The notes under the pieces were generated by a model. It saw only the letters and a list, made by a program, of their open reading frames with translations, ran no database searches and was not told the DNA's origin. Below are positions 21,463-31,330 of a DNA stretch of 64,000 nt, piece by piece (the first letter of the stretch is position 1; each line of letters begins with the position of its first letter). Source of the DNA: an uncultured Bacteroidales bacterium (GTDB lineage Bacteria > Bacteroidota > Bacteroidia > Bacteroidales > Muribaculaceae); assembly GCA_947039275.1 (NCBI GenBank), contig CAMQYL010000001.1, forward strand, positions 36,889 to 100,888, written 5' to 3'. A program made the position numbers and the translations under genes.

Positions 21463-23742
21463 ATGAAACTTTCAACAAGTCTGTGCATCTACATTCTGTG
21501 CATATGCGTCTGCATATTCGCAGGCATCAGCATAGTGCTTGAGAAGTATGCCTCGACACGAGAGCAAGAGCAGATCCACCGTCTGACCGAACTGTTGCAG
21601 GGACAGATGATACGCAGTGTAGAAGATGACCTTCATGGTGTAGCTCAGAATACTGAACGCACAGTGCGTGAATTGGCAGCCATGCCTGTGTCAGTCAACG
21701 AAACCAATGCCGCCAAACTGATCGGCATAATGGTGGAGAGCAATCCGCTCATCAAGGGCGGAAGCATAGCCTATGTCCCTGAAAAAGCTCCCGAAAGTGA
21801 CGGAGAGTGGATGATCTATGTGCAACGCTCCCCGTCGGGGCTAACAACGCAACAATTAGGAGGCTCCGATTACAACTATACAACCCAACAATGGTTCACT
21901 GCCCCTCTCCGCACAGGAAAGGCTACATGGAGCACACCCTATATGGACACAGGCGCAGGCGACTGCCTAATGACCACCTACAGCGTGCCTGTCACGGATT
22001 CCCACGGACACATCTATGCAGTCGTCACCGCCGATGTCGCCCTATCATATCTTGAAACCGAGGCTGACCAATTACGGCCGTATAAGGCAAGCCGCTCGTT
22101 GCTGCTATCTGCTGACGGCTCGCCTCTTACGGCATCTGTCCCCTCTGACAAGCAGACCATAGAACAGCTATCAGACATCACTGAACAACTTGCTTCGCAC
22201 AACCATGCCGACGGAGAAATAACTGCTGACGGAGAGAAACTGATTGCATGCTGTTCGCGCATCGCCGGACCTGACATCATAATCGCCACGCTGACACCAT
22301 ATAAGTCAGCACTGACTGTAATGAAGCAGATAAAACTCCCCATCCTCCTTATCGTAGGGTGCGGATTCATCTTGCTGCTCATAGGTCTACGTCTGATAAT
22401 CCCTTATGTCACCCGACCGCTCAACAGGCTGAGCAATGCAGCCATCAGCATAGGTAACGGAGATTTTACCACTCCCATTCCTCCGTCTGGTCCATATGCC
22501 GATATCAGACATCTTCACGATGCCATGGCTTATATGACCAATGCCATCCAGCAACACATCACGACCATAGCGCAAAATGCCCGCAACATGCAGCGCATAG
22601 AAAGCGAACTCACAATAGCCCGCAGCATCCAGCAAGGCATGCAGCCCCGACCGCTGCCTGCCAACGGCATAATCTTCAATGGCACACAGGTCTCGGTCGC
22701 TTCTCTGCTCCAACCGGCACGTGAGGTAAGCGGAGACATGTATGACTATGTATATGCCGACGGCAGCCTGTATTTCATCATAGCTGATGTGAGCGACAAA
22801 GGAGTGCCAGCATCATTAGTGATGGCTGCGGTGCATACCCTGTTCCGTTTCACCGCCGAACGACATCAGACTCCACAGGATATACTTACCTGCATCAATC
22901 GACATATATGCGAAAGCAATCCCAAAAACATGTTTGTAACCCTTATAACAGGAGTTATAGACATCCAAAAGGGACTGTTGACCCTTGCCAACGGCGGACA
23001 TAACCCTCCGATCATATCTGATGGCAATGGCTGCCGGTATCTGGCGCTCCCCCCCGGATTGCCGGCTGGAGTAATGGATTATGTGGATTATACACAGACC
23101 TCCATCCCATTTGCCCCGGGGTCGATGATATTTTTGTACACTGACGGTTTGACTGAAGCAGAGAACAGCGACGGCATCCCATTTGGTGAAGACAAACTGC
23201 TCTCCTTTATAAAGGGCTTGCACACGTCTAAACCTGATAATGTCATCGCAAGTGTCAATGACTCAGTAACCGACTACAGTATCATGCCGCTATCTGACGA
23301 CATCACCATGATGTGCATCAGTACTACCCCCTGTATTTCTCTGTCATATGACATCAATGAGATAACACGGCTTGCTGACTTCATCGACAGGACGGCATGC
23401 ACATATGGGTGGAATGCAGAACTGACGCAGAGGGTCAATCTCATACTCGAAGAAGCTGTCAGCAATATCATCAACCACTCAGTGCCGACACACGACAAAG
23501 CCGACATAACAGTCGCTCTGACTGATCTCTGTGGCGACATCCAGATAGACATCACCGATTGCAGCCCACCGTTCAACCCTCTGGAATCGGCACCTGTAAT
23601 AGACACGAACCTGCCAGCCGAGCAACGACCTGTGGGCGGATTAGGACTCTTCCTTATAAGCCGCCTCGTGGCATCGGCAGAATATGAATACCACGACAAC
23701 AAAAATCATCTTAGCTTACACCTAAAAACATCACAGCAATGA
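21463..23742 (+). CDS. membrane sensor: Cache-like domain + HAMP + PP2C (SpoIIE-type) phosphatase fused to a C-terminal RsbW/SpoIIAB-like HATPase domain
   Basis: TM, then a Cache-like segment (..WFTAPLRTGKATWSTPYMDTGAGDCLMTTYSVPV..), a second TM, HAMP, PP2C motifs (ELTIARSIQQGM, SGDMYDY, IADVSDKGVPASL, NGGHNPP, LYTDGLTEAEN), then an HATPase N-box EEAVSNIINH and G-box GGLGLFLISRL. The start is the ATG at 21463, or the TTG at 21400. Confidence 0.8.
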   Translation: MKLSTSLCIYILCICVCIFAGISIVLEKYASTREQEQIHRLTELLQGQMIRSVEDDLHGVAQNTERTVRELAAMPVSVNETNAAKLIGIMVESNPLIKGGSIAYVPEKAPESDGEWMIYVQRSPSGLTTQQLGGSDYNYTTQQWFTAPLRTGKATWSTPYMDTGAGDCLMTTYSVPVTDSHGHIYAVVTADVALSYLETEADQLRPYKASRSLLLSADGSPLTASVPSDKQTIEQLSDITEQLASHNHADGEITADGEKLIACCSRIAGPDIIIATLTPYKSALTVMKQIKLPILLIVGCGFILLLIGLRLIIPYVTRPLNRLSNAAISIGNGDFTTPIPPSGPYADIRHLHDAMAYMTNAIQQHITTIAQNARNMQRIESELTIARSIQQGMQPRPLPANGIIFNGTQVSVASLLQPAREVSGDMYDYVYADGSLYFIIADVSDKGVPASLVMAAVHTLFRFTAERHQTPQDILTCINRHICESNPKNMFVTLITGVIDIQKGLLTLANGGHNPPIISDGNGCRYLALPPGLPAGVMDYVDYTQTSIPFAPGSMIFLYTDGLTEAENSDGIPFGEDKLLSFIKGLHTSKPDNVIASVNDSVTDYSIMPLSDDITMMCISTTPCISLSYDINEITRLADFIDRTACTYGWNAELTQRVNLILEEAVSNIINHSVPTHDKADITVALTDLCGDIQIDITDCSPPFNPLESAPVIDTNLPAEQRPVGGLGLFLISRLVASAEYEYHDNKNHLSLHLKTSQQ

Positions 23743-24044
23743 CAACAACCATCAACCAGCATGACGGAATCACAAATATAGCCATCAACGGACGACTCGA
23801 TTCGGTAACCGCACCTCAGTTTGACAGCGAGGTAGCCCACATATGCTCTACTGATAGCCGTGGGGACATTATCATAGACTGCGCAGGGATGGAATATATC
23901 AGCAGTGCCGGACTTCGCTCTTTCATCACCTTGCTTAAAAGTTCAAAAGCCGCCGGACGCTCACTGGAACTCCAAAACCTCTCTGCCTCGATACGTGCGA
24001 TATTCGACATGACTGGATTCACTTCAATATTCAACATCCGATAA
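23739..24044 (+). CDS. STAS-domain anti-sigma-factor antagonist (SpoIIAA/RsbV-like)
   Basis: 101 aa: ...INGRLDSVTAPQF...IIIDCAGMEYISSAGLRSFITLLK..., with the conserved Ser in ISSAGL at nt 23901-23906. The ATGA start/stop overlap with the upstream gene is at 23739-23742. Confidence 0.85.
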   Translation: MTTTINQHDGITNIAINGRLDSVTAPQFDSEVAHICSTDSRGDIIIDCAGMEYISSAGLRSFITLLKSSKAAGRSLELQNLSASIRAIFDMTGFTSIFNIR

Positions 24045-24052
24045 CATCCATT

Positions 24053-27000
24053 ATGACCGACAACATGACTCCCATGCCTGTGCTCACACAGTCGCAGCTC
24101 GGCATCTATATAGAAAGCCTGCGCCACGAAGGCACTCCCATATATCACACTCCTCACCTCGCGCGCATGCATGGAGTGGCAGATGCACAGCGTCTCGCCG
24201 ATGCAGTGCGCAAGGTCATAGCCGCCTACCCGAGCATGTCGGCAAGGATAGTGACCGACAGCGATGGCAACCCTACCCTGTCGGATGCCTCCGCTTCCCA
24301 CCCCCTTGAAGTCGTTCTCGTCGAAATGACCGAGGAGCAGTTGATGACAGATAAGGATTCGTTGGTAAAACCGTTTGGTTTAGAAGTCGGTGAACTGGCT
24401 CATGTATCAGTCATCCGGACCGAGCGCGGTGTCTATCTGTTCACCGATTTCCATCACACCATATTTGATGGACACTCACATAAATTGCTCCTTAAGGAAA
24501 TTGACAAGGCATACAGCGGCAGCCCCGTCACTCCAGAAGCGTTGACCATCTATGATATAGCCCGAGAAGAAGCCGATGCGAGAACATCAGCGGACTATGC
24601 TTCGGCACATGACAGCTACAAGAAGATGCTTGATGGCGCTGACACGGAGCTGGAACTACCCTCCTATGCCAATGCCGCCACTGAGGCTTACGACGAAGTG
24701 ACCATCTCGCTTGACATAGACAGCGAGGTTTACAAGACCTATTGCCATGCCCACAGTATGCCCCAGAGTGTACCTGCCACGGCAGCCATGGGTATAGTGC
24801 TTCAGGCATTTTCGCGCAAGGAAGATGTCACTTTCGCCACAATATACCATGGACGCAAAGGCGACCGCTATGACCGAAGCTTCGGCATGATGGTCAAAAC
24901 TCTGCCAGTCAGAGTAAGCATCAATCAGTCCACAACCATAGGCTCACTGCTTGATGCCACGAAGGTCAATCTGAAAACGGCGCGTGAAAACGACATATAC
25001 TCGTTTGCCGATGCCGCCTCTGAGTTCGGAGTCAGCTCAGATTTCCTGTTTGCTTTCCAAGGAGAGTTTCTCAACATGCCCCAGGTCAATGGTGGCGATG
25101 TGGAAGAAATACCTGTGAAGAAGCTATCAACAGGGTCAAAAATCACCGCAAACCTGTTAATGGAGGGGGGCAAGATGAAAATGGTGATGGAATACCGCAG
25201 CGATCTGTATTCACCTGCATTCATCACATCTATCGCGTCCACATTTGCAACGGTGCTGTCGGAGATTATGTCATCGGATACCGGTATTAATGTATTGGAA
25301 CTGCCACTGCTCACTCCGACGGAAATGAGCAGTGTCATCACGCTTGGAGAGGGAGCAACGTCTACAGCCGATCCTCAGGCAACCATACCTATGCTGTTTA
25401 AAGAAGCTGCCAGGTTACACGGCGACAACACCGCCATCGTGTACAATGGACGCCAGATGACTTACCGCGAACTCGACCGCGCAACCGATGCTCTCGCTGT
25501 CATGCTGCATGACCGATACGGAGTGACTACCGAGACCACGGTAGGTGTGCTGATTGAACGCTCAGAACTCATGGCTATATACCCGTTGGCTATAATGAAA
25601 GCGGGAGGGGCGTATATGCCTCTTGACCCACATTTTCCACAGGATCGCCTGATGTTCATGGTAGAAGATGCCGGGGTATCGCTGATACTTGCCGATGACG
25701 GTCTGGCAGATGTTACGATGCCTCAATTTGACGGCACTGTCATTTCAGCTTCAGTTATGGAGTCATTAGCCGATGCCGACCGAGAGATATGCGAAGCGCA
25801 ACCTGGAGATTCCATGGTCGTCCTCTATACTTCCGGCTCTACCGGCAAACCCAAAGGCGTCACCCTTGTGCAACACAATATAGTGAATTTCTGTGCCGCC
25901 TACACATCCATGACACAGCTCTCAGCAAGTGACCGTGTGGGCGCGTATGCCGCATTCGGGTTCGATGCCCACATGATGGATCTCTATCCTGCCCTGCTGT
26001 GCGGAGCCACGGTGCATATCTTTGACTCGGAGATGCGCCTTGACCTCACAGCAATGCACGAGTATATAGAGCGCGAGCAGATCACGGTTATGTTCATGAC
26101 CACACAGATTGCATGGCAGATGGCAACGCTGTTTGACTTCACATCGCTGCGAGTGCTCTCGGCTGGCGGTGAGAAACTGCCTCCTATCGGTCTGCTGCCC
26201 TACACATTCTACAATGTCTACGGACCCACCGAGTGCTCCGTACTGACCACTGCATACCCTGCCAGCGGTGGTACCGACGGCACAATCATCGGCAGACCGC
26301 TCATGGGCTATGAACTGCTTATCGTCGACCGCAATCTTCGCCCCGTACCACAGGGTGTGTCAGGCGAGCTGATTATCCTCGGAGACGGAGTAGGACGCGG
26401 CTACCTCAACCGCCCCGAACTCAATGCCGAGAAATTCATTACCATCAGCGGCAAAAAGGCATATCGCACCGGTGACCAGGCAAGATATATGACGGACGGC
26501 AATGTGGAATTTTTAGGCCGCATGGACGGACTTGTCAAGCTCCGTGGCTTGCGCATAGAACTTGGCGAAATCGAAGCGGTAGCTACTGCACATCCCACAG
26601 TTAAGACTTTCGTGGCATCCGTCAAGGAATTCGGAGGCATGGAGAATCTAATCGGCTACTATACCGTCAAGGATGGGCAGAACCTGACCGCTGACACACT
26701 GCGCGAATTCATGTCGCAGTCGCTCACCGAATTCATGGTGCCACAAGTCATAATGCAGCTCGAAACTATGCCGCTGACCCCTAACGGCAAGGTCGACCGC
26801 CGTGCGCTCCCTGTCCCTGAGACAGCTGTTGCTGAAATCATAGAGCCGGCATCGCCAATGGAGCAGACGATATACGACATCACGGCAGAGATACTCAAGC
26901 ACACAGATTTCGGTGTCACTACCAACCTGCTGTCGGTGGGTCTGACCTCTCTGATGGCTATGCGTCTCGTGGCATCGGTAATCAGGGATACCGGACTGAA

Positions 27001-30000
27001 ACTGACAGCCAAGACCGTCATGTCAACTCCCACGGTGCGCGAAATCGCCGCCTCCTTAGAGTCGGCGACAAGAACAGCCGACGATACCACCGCGCACAAA
27101 CGCCGCCGCTACTATCCGCTGACTGAAAACCAGCGCGGAGTCTACATTGACTGGGAAATGAACCGTGACGCGCTGCAATACAATATACCTCAGGCATACA
27201 AATTCGGACAGGGCACAGATGCCGAAGCTCTCCGCGAGGCAATCTACAAGGTGCTTGCAGCCCATCCGTCATTGAAAACCCGCATGGTCATGCGCGGTGG
27301 CGATGTGATGCAGGAACGCCGCGACGACGAACCCATTGAGATTACCATAACCGACCTTGACGAAGCTCCAACCCAGGAATTCTTACAGAGCCGCATCCGT
27401 CCGTTTGATCTGCTTAATGACTGCCTATTCCGCTGCGAGATATATCGCCACGGCGATGACGTGTACATGCTCCGCGACACCCATCATATCATCTACGACG
27501 GAGTGTCGGCGATGCTTTTCCATCAGGATATGGTCAAAGCCTATGACGGTGCCGCGCTTGAAGCTGAGACATACACCGCGCTTGACCACGCGCTTGACGA
27601 GAAAGAGCTGCTTGAGAGCGATGAAGCCGACAAAGCCGCGGAGTGGCTTGACCGACTCGTTGACGGCTCAGAACCGACCTCATATCCGCGCAGCGCCCAG
27701 CCCGACAACGACATATCTGGTGGCATGGGACGAATCAGACTCTCTCTACCGTCTGCCGACATCAAAGCTTTCTGCTCCAAAGGCGGCGTGACTGTCAGCA
27801 ACTACATGCTTAGTGCGTTTGTACAGCTCCTTCACCGACTCACTCGCGAACAGACCGTGCAGATCGTCACCGTCAACAACGGCAGAAGTGATATGCGCCT
27901 CATTGGCGACATGGGCATGTTTGTCAAGACCCTCCCTGTGGTGTCACGTTGCTCAGCTCCGACCGCAACACCGCTTGACTTCGCCCGCGACATGCAGACA
28001 CAGTTCTTGACATCGCAAGACTACGACTTCTATCCATTCACCGCATTGGTGGAACAGAAAGGTGTGCGCCCCGACATAATGTATGTGTATGAAGGTGGCA
28101 TCAATCTCGCAGGCGATGCCGATGACCGACTCAAAGCCGAGAAAATTCCGCTCTCGCTTGACACAGCCAAAGTACCGCTGACATTGCTCGTGTTTGAGCC
28201 GACCGATGATGAATTTGAGCTGGCACTTGAATACGACACATCCATGTATGCCAAAGCTGACATGGAGGTTTTTGTGGAAATGATGCGCACCCTCAGTCTC
28301 ACTCTCACACAGGCACCGACCATAGCCGACGGTCTGATGGTCAATGCAGCGCAAGAGAAGCAACTCCGCACCATGCGCCATGGTGATACAGGCGAAGTGC
28401 TCTACACCTCATTCCACGGCGCAATGGAAAGCCGTGCCGATGCCACTCCCGATGCCCCGGCACTCGTGGCATGCGACAAGCGGATGTCCTACCGCGACTT
28501 TGACGAGGAGTGTAACCGCATCGCCAATGCTCTGATTAAGCGCGGTGTGCGCCGTGGTGACCGCATCGTCATTCTGCTCCCGCGCCGCTCATACCTCATC
28601 ACTGCCATCTATGGCACGATGAAGGCAGGTGCTACGTATATCCCCTGCGACCCCGAATACCCGGCAGACCGCATACGCCTCATAACCGAGGACAGCGATG
28701 CGAAATTTGTCATCACGACAGCCGACAAGGTTTCTCTTTATCCCGGAAAAGCCGTTGACATTGACGAACTGCTGACCGAAACCGACACAAAACGTCCGAA
28801 TGTCGCAGTAGCACCTGAAGATATCGCCTATATGATATATACTTCCGGCTCTACCGGCAGACCAAAAGGTGTGATGATACCGCAGAGAGCCATCACCAAC
28901 TACCTCTATGGATACTATAAGATGTTCTACAAAGAGCGTCCTGACATAAAGACGCAGATGCTCCTTGTGACCATCTCGTTTGATGCCTCGCTGCTCAATC
29001 TCGGAGGTTCGCTGACATCTGGACACTGCCTGGTGCTTGCCAATGAAGACGAGTGCAAGGATGTGGTGCTGTTGTCAAAACTGATGCTCGACAATGGTGT
29101 CGACGCTACCGATATCACTCCGAGCCGTCTGGATGCGATGCTTGACCTGCCAGAATTCGGACGAGCCATAGCCCGCTGCAAGCATATCAACATCGGTGGT
29201 GAGGGTTTCCAGAACACCCTTATAGCCAAACTATGTTCGGCAGGTTTCCGTGGACGTGCTATAAACGAATACGGACCGACGGAAACCACCGTAGGCTGCA
29301 ACCAAGCCGAAGTAACTCCGTTTGAACCCATAATTGCCGGGCGACCGTTCTATAATGCAAGCGAACGAATCGTCGATGCCTGGGGGTCGGAACTGCCTGT
29401 CGGAGCCGTCGGCGAACTCTATATATTCGGTCGCGGCGTGGGTCTTGGATACAACAACCTGCCCGAAAAGACCGCACAGTCGTTCGTCGATTTCAATGGA
29501 GAGAGAGGCTATCGCACCGGCGACCTTGCCCGATGGACTCCCGAAGGGAATGTGGTCATACTCGGACGCATAGACCATCAGGTCAAGCTACGAGGTCTCC
29601 GTATAGAGCTTGGCGAAATCGAGAGCGTGGCACAGCAGTTTGATGGCATCAAAAATGCCGCTGCAGATGTGCGCGAGGTCAACAAGATTCAGCATCTCTG
29701 CCTCTACTACACTGCCACCTCGCCAATTGACAAAGCAAAATTCCGCGAGCATCTTGCATCCTCGCTTACAGAATATATGGTGCCGGACGCATACACCGAG
29801 GTGGAGGTAATGCCGCTGACACCCAACGGCAAAATCAACCGCAAAGCTCTTCCCGAACCAGAGATTGCACCCATGACACCATATGTTGAGCCAGAGGGCG
29901 AGTTAGAGAAAACGATTGCAAAGGCATTCGGCACCATCCTACGCAATGACCGCATCGGAGCCAATGACGACTTCTTCGCCATCGGTGGTACATCAATCAG

Positions 30001-31330
30001 TGCCATTAAAGTCGTGGCTGCCCTCGCTTCATCTGGTTACAGCATCACCTACAAGAACGTGTTCACCGCCCGCACTCCCCGTGCTTTGGCTGCCATGATA
30101 GAGGGCAGACCGATTGAAGAACCCATCGCAACCCCTGTAACGGCAGAAATACATGTGTCAGAATTTGCAAACGTGCTTGAACGCAACACCCTTGACGCTT
30201 TTCTCAACGGCAAGGAACAGGCTCTCGGCGATGTACTGCTGACCGGAGCCACAGGTTTCATGGGCATACATATGCTCCATGAACTGTTGACCACAACCGA
30301 CTCCCGGGTGTACTGCCTCCTGCGCCGCAAGGGAGACCTGTCAGCCGAAAGCCGTCTGCGCACGTTGCTGTTCTACTACTTTGACAATACCTTTGAGGAC
30401 GATTTCGCATCGGGACGGCTCACTGTAATCGAAGGTGACGTGACAGACCCGATTGACAGCCAACTTGCCGACAGACTGCCGGTGCAGACTGTCATCAACT
30501 GCGCCGCCAATGTCAAGCATTTCTCCGCCGGCAATGACATCGAGCAGGTCAATGTGGAGAGCGTGCGTAACCTGATCAGCTTCTGCCTTGATAAATCCGC
30601 ACGATTAGTGCATGTCTCCACCATCAGCATCGCCGGCGAGAGCGTCAACGGCTATCCCGACCCGTCATTGCTGCTGACCGAGCGCATGATGGACTTCGGA
30701 CAGAGCCTGTCAAACCAGTACGTCCATTCCAAATATGAAGCTGAACGGCTCATACTGACAGCCATCCGCGACCAGGGACTCAATGCGAAAATAATGCGTG
30801 TCGGCAATCTCTCGGCTCGTGGCACTGACGGCGAATTTCAGATCAATTTCCGCAGCAATGCCTTCATGGGCAAACTGCGAGCCTACGTGGCTCTCGGTTG
30901 CGCTCCCTATGCAGTGATGGATGCGCCATGCGAGTTCTCACCCATCGATGAAGTTTGCCATGCCATACTGCTTCTGAGCCGTACACCTGTGGAGATGTCA
31001 GTGTTCCAGCCCTGCAACAACCACCGTCTGCCGTTGGGAGATGTGTTGCATATCCTCAGCGAGGCGGGGCTGCCGGTCGCTCCTGTGGAGATGCCGCAAT
31101 TCAACGAGCGCGAACGCGAAGCCATGGATGACCCGCGTAAAGTCGATGCGCTGCAACCGCTCATGGCATACGATTCGGGAGCAGGCTCACGCACTGCCTT
31201 CATACGCTACGATTCGAGCTTCACTAACCAGATACTCTATCGTCTCGGATTCCGCTGGAATTACACTTCACGCGAATATGTCAGCCAGTTTATCCGCGCC
31301 ATCGCCTCACTCAACTACTTCGAACTATGA
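24053..31330 (+). CDS. bimodular non-ribosomal peptide synthetase, C-A-T-C-A-T-R (terminal thioester reductase)
   Basis: 2425 aa. C motifs HHTIFDG (nt 24452-24472) and HHIIYDG (about 27481). A-domain cores LYTSGSTGKPKGV (about 25821) and IYTSGSTGRPKGV (about 28836), YRTGD, KLRGLRIELGEIE and PNGK(V/I)(D/N)R(R/K)AL, each present twice. Carrier Ser sites in VGLTSLMAM and FAIGGTSISA. Reductase motifs LTGATGFMG (about 30238) and YVHSKYEAE. Confidence 0.95.
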   Translation: MTDNMTPMPVLTQSQLGIYIESLRHEGTPIYHTPHLARMHGVADAQRLADAVRKVIAAYPSMSARIVTDSDGNPTLSDASASHPLEVVLVEMTEEQLMTDKDSLVKPFGLEVGELAHVSVIRTERGVYLFTDFHHTIFDGHSHKLLLKEIDKAYSGSPVTPEALTIYDIAREEADARTSADYASAHDSYKKMLDGADTELELPSYANAATEAYDEVTISLDIDSEVYKTYCHAHSMPQSVPATAAMGIVLQAFSRKEDVTFATIYHGRKGDRYDRSFGMMVKTLPVRVSINQSTTIGSLLDATKVNLKTARENDIYSFADAASEFGVSSDFLFAFQGEFLNMPQVNGGDVEEIPVKKLSTGSKITANLLMEGGKMKMVMEYRSDLYSPAFITSIASTFATVLSEIMSSDTGINVLELPLLTPTEMSSVITLGEGATSTADPQATIPMLFKEAARLHGDNTAIVYNGRQMTYRELDRATDALAVMLHDRYGVTTETTVGVLIERSELMAIYPLAIMKAGGAYMPLDPHFPQDRLMFMVEDAGVSLILADDGLADVTMPQFDGTVISASVMESLADADREICEAQPGDSMVVLYTSGSTGKPKGVTLVQHNIVNFCAAYTSMTQLSASDRVGAYAAFGFDAHMMDLYPALLCGATVHIFDSEMRLDLTAMHEYIEREQITVMFMTTQIAWQMATLFDFTSLRVLSAGGEKLPPIGLLPYTFYNVYGPTECSVLTTAYPASGGTDGTIIGRPLMGYELLIVDRNLRPVPQGVSGELIILGDGVGRGYLNRPELNAEKFITISGKKAYRTGDQARYMTDGNVEFLGRMDGLVKLRGLRIELGEIEAVATAHPTVKTFVASVKEFGGMENLIGYYTVKDGQNLTADTLREFMSQSLTEFMVPQVIMQLETMPLTPNGKVDRRALPVPETAVAEIIEPASPMEQTIYDITAEILKHTDFGVTTNLLSVGLTSLMAMRLVASVIRDTGLKLTAKTVMSTPTVREIAASLESATRTADDTTAHKRRRYYPLTENQRGVYIDWEMNRDALQYNIPQAYKFGQGTDAEALREAIYKVLAAHPSLKTRMVMRGGDVMQERRDDEPIEITITDLDEAPTQEFLQSRIRPFDLLNDCLFRCEIYRHGDDVYMLRDTHHIIYDGVSAMLFHQDMVKAYDGAALEAETYTALDHALDEKELLESDEADKAAEWLDRLVDGSEPTSYPRSAQPDNDISGGMGRIRLSLPSADIKAFCSKGGVTVSNYMLSAFVQLLHRLTREQTVQIVTVNNGRSDMRLIGDMGMFVKTLPVVSRCSAPTATPLDFARDMQTQFLTSQDYDFYPFTALVEQKGVRPDIMYVYEGGINLAGDADDRLKAEKIPLSLDTAKVPLTLLVFEPTDDEFELALEYDTSMYAKADMEVFVEMMRTLSLTLTQAPTIADGLMVNAAQEKQLRTMRHGDTGEVLYTSFHGAMESRADATPDAPALVACDKRMSYRDFDEECNRIANALIKRGVRRGDRIVILLPRRSYLITAIYGTMKAGATYIPCDPEYPADRIRLITEDSDAKFVITTADKVSLYPGKAVDIDELLTETDTKRPNVAVAPEDIAYMIYTSGSTGRPKGVMIPQRAITNYLYGYYKMFYKERPDIKTQMLLVTISFDASLLNLGGSLTSGHCLVLANEDECKDVVLLSKLMLDNGVDATDITPSRLDAMLDLPEFGRAIARCKHINIGGEGFQNTLIAKLCSAGFRGRAINEYGPTETTVGCNQAEVTPFEPIIAGRPFYNASERIVDAWGSELPVGAVGELYIFGRGVGLGYNNLPEKTAQSFVDFNGERGYRTGDLARWTPEGNVVILGRIDHQVKLRGLRIELGEIESVAQQFDGIKNAAADVREVNKIQHLCLYYTATSPIDKAKFREHLASSLTEYMVPDAYTEVEVMPLTPNGKINRKALPEPEIAPMTPYVEPEGELEKTIAKAFGTILRNDRIGANDDFFAIGGTSISAIKVVAALASSGYSITYKNVFTARTPRALAAMIEGRPIEEPIATPVTAEIHVSEFANVLERNTLDAFLNGKEQALGDVLLTGATGFMGIHMLHELLTTTDSRVYCLLRRKGDLSAESRLRTLLFYYFDNTFEDDFASGRLTVIEGDVTDPIDSQLADRLPVQTVINCAANVKHFSAGNDIEQVNVESVRNLISFCLDKSARLVHVSTISIAGESVNGYPDPSLLLTERMMDFGQSLSNQYVHSKYEAERLILTAIRDQGLNAKIMRVGNLSARGTDGEFQINFRSNAFMGKLRAYVALGCAPYAVMDAPCEFSPIDEVCHAILLLSRTPVEMSVFQPCNNHRLPLGDVLHILSEAGLPVAPVEMPQFNEREREAMDDPRKVDALQPLMAYDSGAGSRTAFIRYDSSFTNQILYRLGFRWNYTSREYVSQFIRAIASLNYFEL

